Assembly: GCA_903932685.1 (NCBI GenBank) | Contig: CAIZGX010000058.1 | Span: 634 to 64,633 of the forward strand | Length of the DNA: 64,000 nucleotides | Direction of reading: 5' to 3' | Source: an uncultured Bacteroidota bacterium | GTDB taxonomy: Bacteria; Bacteroidota; Bacteroidia; Flavobacteriales_D; Sanyastnellaceae | Shown: piece after piece, positions 58,807 through 64,000 of the stretch | How positions within the stretch are numbered: position 1 is the first letter of the stretch | Layout of the letters: each line of letters starts with the position of its first letter | Notes under the pieces: generated by a model | Database searches by the model: none | Told to the model about the DNA's origin: nothing | What the model saw: the letters and a program-made list of their open reading frames with translations, nothing else | Program-made: the position numbers and the translations under genes

Positions 58807-60339
58807 ATGAAAAAAATATTCCTTTCATTTATCGCGATTGCATTCGTGCTGAGCGCATCGGCACAAAAGAAAAACGCAAAGCCTTTCGCAACGCAACTCA
58901 CCACTTTGGAAGCCAAGATGAACGAGGGCTTGTCGAAGTACAACGTTCCCGGTGGCGCCATTGCCATTGTCTACAACAACGAAATTATTTTGTCGAAAGG
59001 ATTCGGTTTGAAGGACGCTGCGACGAAAGAGCCTGTGACTGAAAACAGTTCCTTCGCGATAGCCAGTAACTCGAAGGCCTTCACCAGCGCGGCATTGGCA
59101 ATCTGTGTCGATCGAGGATTGTTGAAGTGGGACGATAAGGTTCAAGATTTTCTTCCAGAATTAAAATTATATGACCCGTATGTTTCGGCGAATTTGACGG
59201 TGCGCGATTTGCTTTCGCATCGACAAGGATTCGAGACATTCGCTGGAGATTTAATCTGGTACGGAACGAATCACTCTCGAAGTGAAATTTTGCGCAGATG
59301 GCAGTTCGTTGAACCGAAGTACGGTTTCCGCACAACCTATGGTTACTGCAATATTGCGTTTTTGGCGGCTGGACAAATCGTTGAGAAAGTAACCGGAAAA
59401 ACATGGGATGAATTTGTGAAGAATGAATTTTTTATTCCGTTGGGAATGAAAAACGCGAATACTTCAATCACTGCGTTTCAGCCAGGCGCCGACATTGCTT
59501 CTCCGCATAACACGGTGAAGGAAAAAAACATTCCCATTCCTTATGTGAATTGGGACAACGTTGGCCCTGCGGGAAGTATTAATGCCTGTGTGAATGAACT
59601 GAGCCAATGGATGATGTTGCAGTTGAACAAAGGAACATTAGGAGGAAAGAAATACTGGGACGAAAAGCGCACCTACGAAATGTGGGAGTACAACATTAAC
59701 AAGCCGGTGAGTAAGTGGCAGCGCGAGAATATGCCTTCGCGTCATGCGAACGGATACGGCATGGGTTGGGAGCTTATGGAATACGGCGGACACAAGATTG
59801 TGAGTCACGGCGGTGGTTATGACGGAATGATTTCGAAAACGATTTTGATTCCCGATATGAATTTAGGATTTGTAATTTTAACGAACAGCAACAACTCGTT
59901 GCCGAGCGCCATGGGGTTTGAGTTCTTGGATTTGTTTTTAGGAGTGAAAGGAGGAAAAGATTGGGTGACTGAATTCGCTCCAAAGGCAGAAGAGCCTGAA
60001 TTATTATCTCCACCTACGGGGGAGGCTTATGAATGGATTTTTCCGGTTACATCGGAGATAGAAGGGGTTTATCGCAGTGAGATGTATGGAGACGTTGAAG
60101 TGATAAAGAAAGATGATGGGTATAAAATCGATTTCAAGCCAACAGAGTTGTTTAAGGGTGATCTCATTCACAGAGATAACAATGTATTCACTTTGCATTG
60201 GTCAACGCAAATGATGCTTCCGAGCGGCAAGGTGCAGTTTATAGCGAATATGGAAGGCGAGATTGAAGAGATGCGCGTGTTTGTTGAGAATCCGGATTTT
60301 GATTTTTCTGAATTGAAGTTATTTAGGGTGAAAGAATAG
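58807..60339 (+). CDS. Serine hydrolase, beta-lactamase family, with probable DUF3471 C-terminus
   Basis: FAIASNSKAF (SxxK), YCN (YxN), HGGG, VILTN; signal peptide. Confidence 0.9.
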   Translation: MKKIFLSFIAIAFVLSASAQKKNAKPFATQLTTLEAKMNEGLSKYNVPGGAIAIVYNNEIILSKGFGLKDAATKEPVTENSSFAIASNSKAFTSAALAICVDRGLLKWDDKVQDFLPELKLYDPYVSANLTVRDLLSHRQGFETFAGDLIWYGTNHSRSEILRRWQFVEPKYGFRTTYGYCNIAFLAAGQIVEKVTGKTWDEFVKNEFFIPLGMKNANTSITAFQPGADIASPHNTVKEKNIPIPYVNWDNVGPAGSINACVNELSQWMMLQLNKGTLGGKKYWDEKRTYEMWEYNINKPVSKWQRENMPSRHANGYGMGWELMEYGGHKIVSHGGGYDGMISKTILIPDMNLGFVILTNSNNSLPSAMGFEFLDLFLGVKGGKDWVTEFAPKAEEPELLSPPTGEAYEWIFPVTSEIEGVYRSEMYGDVEVIKKDDGYKIDFKPTELFKGDLIHRDNNVFTLHWSTQMMLPSGKVQFIANMEGEIEEMRVFVENPDFDFSELKLFRVKE

Positions 60340-60404
60340 GTTAGGATGTAAGGGTTTAGCCTTCAAAAAAATGATTGAATCATTGGTAAGTTAGAGTAAT
60401 TGCT

Positions 60405-60412
60405 TATATTTG
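60405..60412 (+). promoter_or_regulatory. Bacteroidota -7 promoter box for tRNA-Arg
   Basis: TATATTTG 18 nt upstream of the tRNA. Confidence 0.65.
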
Positions 60413-60430
60413 CACCCGCTTAACAGCAAT

Positions 60431-60507
60431 GGCATTGTAGCTCAACTGGATAGAGCATCGCACTACGGATGCGAAGGTTTGGGGTTCGAATCCCTACAGT
60501 GTCACCA
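60431..60507 (+). tRNA. tRNA-Arg (ACG)
   Basis: Acceptor GGCATTG/CAGTGTC-A-CCA, D-arm GCTC-AACTGGATA-GAGC, anticodon arm TCGCA-CTACGGA-TGCGA, T-loop GTTCGAATC. Confidence 0.97.
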
Positions 60508-60513
60508 TCAAGC

Positions 60514-60550
60514 AACCAAATCCCCGACGACAGTTGGGGGTTTTTGGTTT
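60514..60550 (+). terminator. Probable terminator after tRNA-Arg
   Basis: AACCAAA.TCCCCGAC-gaca-GTTGGGGG.TTTTTGGTT hairpin with U tract. Confidence 0.7.
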
Positions 60551-60561
60551 AAGGAATGTCT

Positions 60562-60665
60562 CATTCTCATTCTGTTTCTCTAACTCATTCAGATTCTCTT
60601 TCCCATTCTGTTTCTCATACTCATTCAGATTCTCTTTCCCATTCTGTTTCTCATACTCATTCTGA
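60562..60665. repeat. 36-bp tandem repeat (about 2.7 copies) built from degenerate hexamers
   Basis: CATTCTGTTTCTCATACTCATTCAGATTCTCTTTCC at 60568, 60604 and 60640 (partial); first copy differs at 2 nt. Confidence 0.85.
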
Positions 60666-60735
60666 ATTTTTGGTAACTACCCTAGATGCTTTCAAATGCC
60701 TTCATTCGATAGAAATTCGGAGGCTTTAATTTATT

Positions 60736-60756
60736 TGTACGGAATTTTACCGTACA
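60736..60756. promoter_or_regulatory. Antitoxin operator palindrome overlapping the TA promoter
   Basis: TGTACGG-aatttta-CCGTACA overlapping a TACATTTG (-7) box at 60753-60760. Confidence 0.75.
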
Positions 60757-60765
60757 TTTGTAATT

Positions 60766-61059
60766 ATGAAAATGGAGAAGAATCTTTCGTCACGAATTGA
60801 AGTGCGCCTCACATCTGAGCAAAAGGAGCTGTTCGAAAACGCTGCACAACTTGCTGGGCATAGAAGCCTAAGTGATTTTATTGTACAAACCATTCAGGCT
60901 AAGGCTTCCGAAGTGGTAAATCAACAAGCTGCAATAACGTTAAGCAAAAGAGACGCTGTAATGTTTGTCGATTTAATCACCAACGCGCCAAAGCCAAACG
61001 CTAAGCTCAAGAAAGCTTATGCTAACTACCGAAAACTTTCTATGGTGGCTGAGAAGTAA
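60766..61059 (+). CDS. DUF1778 RHH antitoxin (AtaR/TacA-like)
   Basis: RIEVRLTSEQKELFENAA...SLSDF...LSKRDA...PKPNAKL. Confidence 0.9.
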   Translation: MKMEKNLSSRIEVRLTSEQKELFENAAQLAGHRSLSDFIVQTIQAKASEVVNQQAAITLSKRDAVMFVDLITNAPKPNAKLKKAYANYRKLSMVAEK

Positions 61060-61553
61060 TGGAGATTCTTGACAAGAAAAAACACGCGATTGAAAAATTC
61101 AATTGTGGAAATGAAGCACTGAATCGCTATCTAACTGTTCAAGCTGGACAGGATATGCGAAAGAAATTGTCGGTGTGTTTTGTTTTGAACGATGACTATA
61201 CGCGCGATTTAATCGGTTATTATACGCTCTCTTCATTCGCAATTAATGCCGATGCAATTCCAAATACAATTAAGGTGAGCGCTCCACGGAATTATTCTAA
61301 AATTCCTGCTACTCTACTTGGACGTTTGGCTATTGACTTGAAATTTCAGGGAAAAGGGTTAGGTGAATTTGTTTTAATGAATGCGCTTGAGCGTGCGCAT
61401 GATGCGAGTTTAAAGATTGGATCCTTGGCTGTAATTGTTGATCCTATTGACAAGGCGGCTGAAGATTTTTATTCTCAATACGGATTTGTAAAGTGTAAGG
61501 ATGGTCATCAAATGATGTTGGCAATGAAGACTATTGCTACCTTGTTAAACTAA
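61059..61553 (+). CDS. GNAT acetyltransferase toxin (AtaT/TacT-like)
   Basis: FNCGNEALNRYL, IGYYTLS, IPATLLGRLAID..FQGKGLG, VIVDPID..A..FY..YGF; TAATG overlap with the antitoxin. Confidence 0.9.
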   Translation: MEILDKKKHAIEKFNCGNEALNRYLTVQAGQDMRKKLSVCFVLNDDYTRDLIGYYTLSSFAINADAIPNTIKVSAPRNYSKIPATLLGRLAIDLKFQGKGLGEFVLMNALERAHDASLKIGSLAVIVDPIDKAAEDFYSQYGFVKCKDGHQMMLAMKTIATLLN

Positions 61554-61610
61554 TTCCCTTTTTGTTTCACTAACCCAAACTATCTTTGGTTGGTAATAAT
61601 TCGAAACCAT

Positions 61611-63524
61611 ATGATTCAGAGAAGTCTTTTTTTATTCATCGCAGTATTCTTAACGTTTGCTCACAGTCATGCTTTCAACGTGACATTCCAGGTAAATATG
61701 CAAAACGTATTTTTTGGATTCTCTACCCCTGAAGTAAACGGGACATTCAATAGCTGGTGTGGTGGATGTAATCCAATGACAGACGCAGATGGAGATGATA
61801 TTTGGGAAGTAACCATACCATTTGAAGCAGGTTCATACGAATACTTATTCGCTTACGATAATTGGTCAGGCTCAGAACAACTAACTGCTGGCTCTGAATG
61901 CACAGTTACAAACGTCGGTTACACCAACCGTGTTTTAAACGTAGATGCAGATTTAACTCTTCCTGTAGTTTGTTGGGCAAGTTGTACAAATTGTATAGAT
62001 ATCCCGACCTCTGGCGTAACTTTCCAAGTAGATATGACCGGTCAAACTGTTAGCCCAACCGGTGTGCACATTGCTGGAAGTTTCGCAGATGCTAACAGTG
62101 ACGGTACTATCGATAATCCCTATCCCAATTGGGATCCGAGTGTACTTGCTTTGACAAACGCAGGAAATGGAATATGGTCGATAACGTTAGATTTGGCTGC
62201 GGGTTCGTATGAATACAAATTCATCAATGGAAATGTGTGGGACATAACCGAGTTTTTTGCTGCCGATGCTGTTTGCGTGCAAGGATTTTTCGGTAACCGC
62301 TCGGTAACCGTAGGAAGCGCAAATCAAATTCTTCCGGTTGTTTGCTGGAATGAATGTGTTTCTTGTGATTTGGTCGGTTCGGGTTGCATGGATGCTGCCG
62401 CCTGCAACTACGATCCTAATGCGATTATTGAAGGTCTGTGTGTTTATCCAAATGTAATTCCAGAAATCATCGTTGAGCCTTTTGGTGGTAATTGCTACAA
62501 TAACGGGGTTAATATTTATCCGTCGGCGGGAAATTTTATTCAGTACAGTTGGGGCTCTGGTTGGGCGAATAACATAAGTCCTTTCAGCTATGAAGATACG
62601 CTTGTGTTAAATTTCTCAATGGAAAACCTCTATTTTACAGCAACTGATGATACGGGGTGTGCGTTTACTTTAGGACCCATTTCTGTGAGTACCATTCCAT
62701 TGCCAAATGTATTTATGTGTATGGTAACCGTGAATGAAACCACAGGTAAAAATCAGATTGTTTGGGATCCTTTCCCTTCAGATGTTCATGAAACAGTTGT
62801 TGTATTCAAAGAGTCGAATGTTCAAGGCGTTTATGAGGAAATTGGAACAGCACCTTATGACGGAATCGGAGTTTTTGAAGATTTGAATTCCAATCCAATA
62901 ATTCAGGCAAATAGATACGCAATTGGAACAAGAGATTCCTGCGGTTTTCAAACTGCTTCTGTGGCGGCTTTGAATCATAAAACAATACATTTAACTGCAA
63001 ATCAGGGTATTGGAAACAACATTAATTTGATTTGGACTGCCTACGAAGCGAACACAATTGAAGGGCCAATGCAAATTTCGAGTTATAATATTTACAGAGG
63101 CGCTTCAGCATCGAGTTTAAGTTTGATTGCAACTGTAGCGGGAAATGTTTTGTCCTACACAGACATCGCACCGCCTGCTACTGAGTTTTTATATGTCATT
63201 GAAGTAGCAGGATTGGGATGCGATCCAAGCAGAGAAATGATGTCCTCGCGTTCGAATGTCATGAACTTGTTGGCTTCGAACATTACTGAAGAGATGAATT
63301 CGACTCTTCAAATTTTTCCGAATCCAGCTTCAACAAGCATTACCATTCAAATAAATGAAAGTGAATTAGGTATGCCTGTATTCATCTTCAATGCACTTGG
63401 ACAAGAAGTATTCAGCGAGAGAATCACTTCGGTGAATCAATTGTTGAACATTGAAAAACTAACAGAAGGATTTTATTTTCTAAAAATTGAAGGACGTGTA
63501 GTCCGACTTCAAATAGTAAAATAA
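61611..63524 (+). CDS. T9SS-secreted multidomain protein with two CBM48/E-set-like domains
   Basis: Signal peptide; two VTFQV(N/D)M...G(T/S)F..W...YEY(L/K)F repeats; GCMDAAACNYDPNA motif; C-terminal IFPNPAST...IFNALGQ...GFYFLK. Confidence 0.85.
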   Translation: MIQRSLFLFIAVFLTFAHSHAFNVTFQVNMQNVFFGFSTPEVNGTFNSWCGGCNPMTDADGDDIWEVTIPFEAGSYEYLFAYDNWSGSEQLTAGSECTVTNVGYTNRVLNVDADLTLPVVCWASCTNCIDIPTSGVTFQVDMTGQTVSPTGVHIAGSFADANSDGTIDNPYPNWDPSVLALTNAGNGIWSITLDLAAGSYEYKFINGNVWDITEFFAADAVCVQGFFGNRSVTVGSANQILPVVCWNECVSCDLVGSGCMDAAACNYDPNAIIEGLCVYPNVIPEIIVEPFGGNCYNNGVNIYPSAGNFIQYSWGSGWANNISPFSYEDTLVLNFSMENLYFTATDDTGCAFTLGPISVSTIPLPNVFMCMVTVNETTGKNQIVWDPFPSDVHETVVVFKESNVQGVYEEIGTAPYDGIGVFEDLNSNPIIQANRYAIGTRDSCGFQTASVAALNHKTIHLTANQGIGNNINLIWTAYEANTIEGPMQISSYNIYRGASASSLSLIATVAGNVLSYTDIAPPATEFLYVIEVAGLGCDPSREMMSSRSNVMNLLASNITEEMNSTLQIFPNPASTSITIQINESELGMPVFIFNALGQEVFSERITSVNQLLNIEKLTEGFYFLKIEGRVVRLQIVK

Positions 63525-63536
63525 AGATGGAAGGAC

Positions 63537-64000
63537 CTACGGTCTTGGATTATTAAAAGGTACTTTCTGTCCGTCTACAAACGGTGCGATGTCTATTATT
63601 GGCGAGTACTTCCATTTTCCATTCTCTAACACATACCCGTCGTAGCTTCCGTCTGGACCATACTCGGGAAAGAAGCCTTCGTAGATAGCTTCACGCGGAG
63701 ATAAATGGTCAACGACTATGGTCTTTTGTTTTTCGTAATATCGAAGTGAGCATGTCACTTGATCGCTGTATTCAAATACCACTCGTTTGGGATTACGATC
63801 TTCAAATTCGAAAAAGTTCCCACCGAATTTACATCCGTCCTTGCTTAACGTAATGACCTCAATCATTTTATTATTCGATAAATTGTCCTTCGCCTCGAAT
63901 CCCAATAAAGCGTAACTGTTTCCACCTTTCTTTCCTTTGCTCATGGGAACAATGGAATAATACAATGCGCCGGGCCATTTCCCTTCGTCAAACACTTTGT
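63537..64000 (-). CDS. Conserved hypothetical protein, 3' part (truncated by window end)
   Basis: Open frame running to the window edge; GALYY, VFEYS, IVVDHL, YGPDGSYD motifs. Confidence 0.75.
   Translation of the reverse strand, partial: KVFDEGKWPGALYYSIVPMSKGKKGGNSYALLGFEAKDNLSNNKMIEVITLSKDGCKFGGNFFEFEDRNPKRVVFEYSDQVTCSLRYYEKQKTIVVDHLSPREAIYEGFFPEYGPDGSYDGYVLENGKWKYSPIIDIAPFVDGQKVPFNNPRP

Noticed and set aside
60568..60665. 36-bp repeat as a type II CRISPR repeat
   Set aside because: Copies are directly adjacent with no spacers and have low-complexity hexamer structure.
60431..64000. Intact genomic island or prophage integrated at tRNA-Arg
   Set aside because: No integrase, no duplicated tRNA 3' end seen, and downstream genes look like ordinary Bacteroidota genes.

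Overview
A 64-kb stretch of core chromosome from a Bacteroidota bacterium, probably Flavobacteriales-like. This rests on TAnnTTTG -7 promoter boxes, T9SS C-terminal sorting domains, PorE-like TPR-PD40-OmpA proteins and an S46 peptidase. It holds about 57 protein genes, mostly housekeeping (yidC, rplS, thrS-infC-rpmI-rplT, rsmE, Smr-less mutS2, cca, sua5, pyrR-pyrB, rnz, ribA, trmD, rarA, pyrD, paaZ, pdxH). It also has one tRNA-Arg(ACG) followed by a DUF1778/GNAT toxin-antitoxin pair, and a fused EutB-EutC with a twin-arginine N-terminus. The most striking non-coding signal is a dispersed family of intergenic mini-hairpin arrays. Five arrays (about 43 units) consist of 9-14 bp C...G palindromes, drawn from a small shared vocabulary and strung in different orders on a near-constant 4-nt TCAT linker (ATGA on the other strand). 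A sixth sibling array uses G...C hairpins and (T/G)AAT linkers. I recognised no cas, transposase, RAYT, integrase or reverse transcriptase gene in the window, so any machinery behind the arrays must be encoded elsewhere. All product calls come from motif recognition by eye; no database searches were run.
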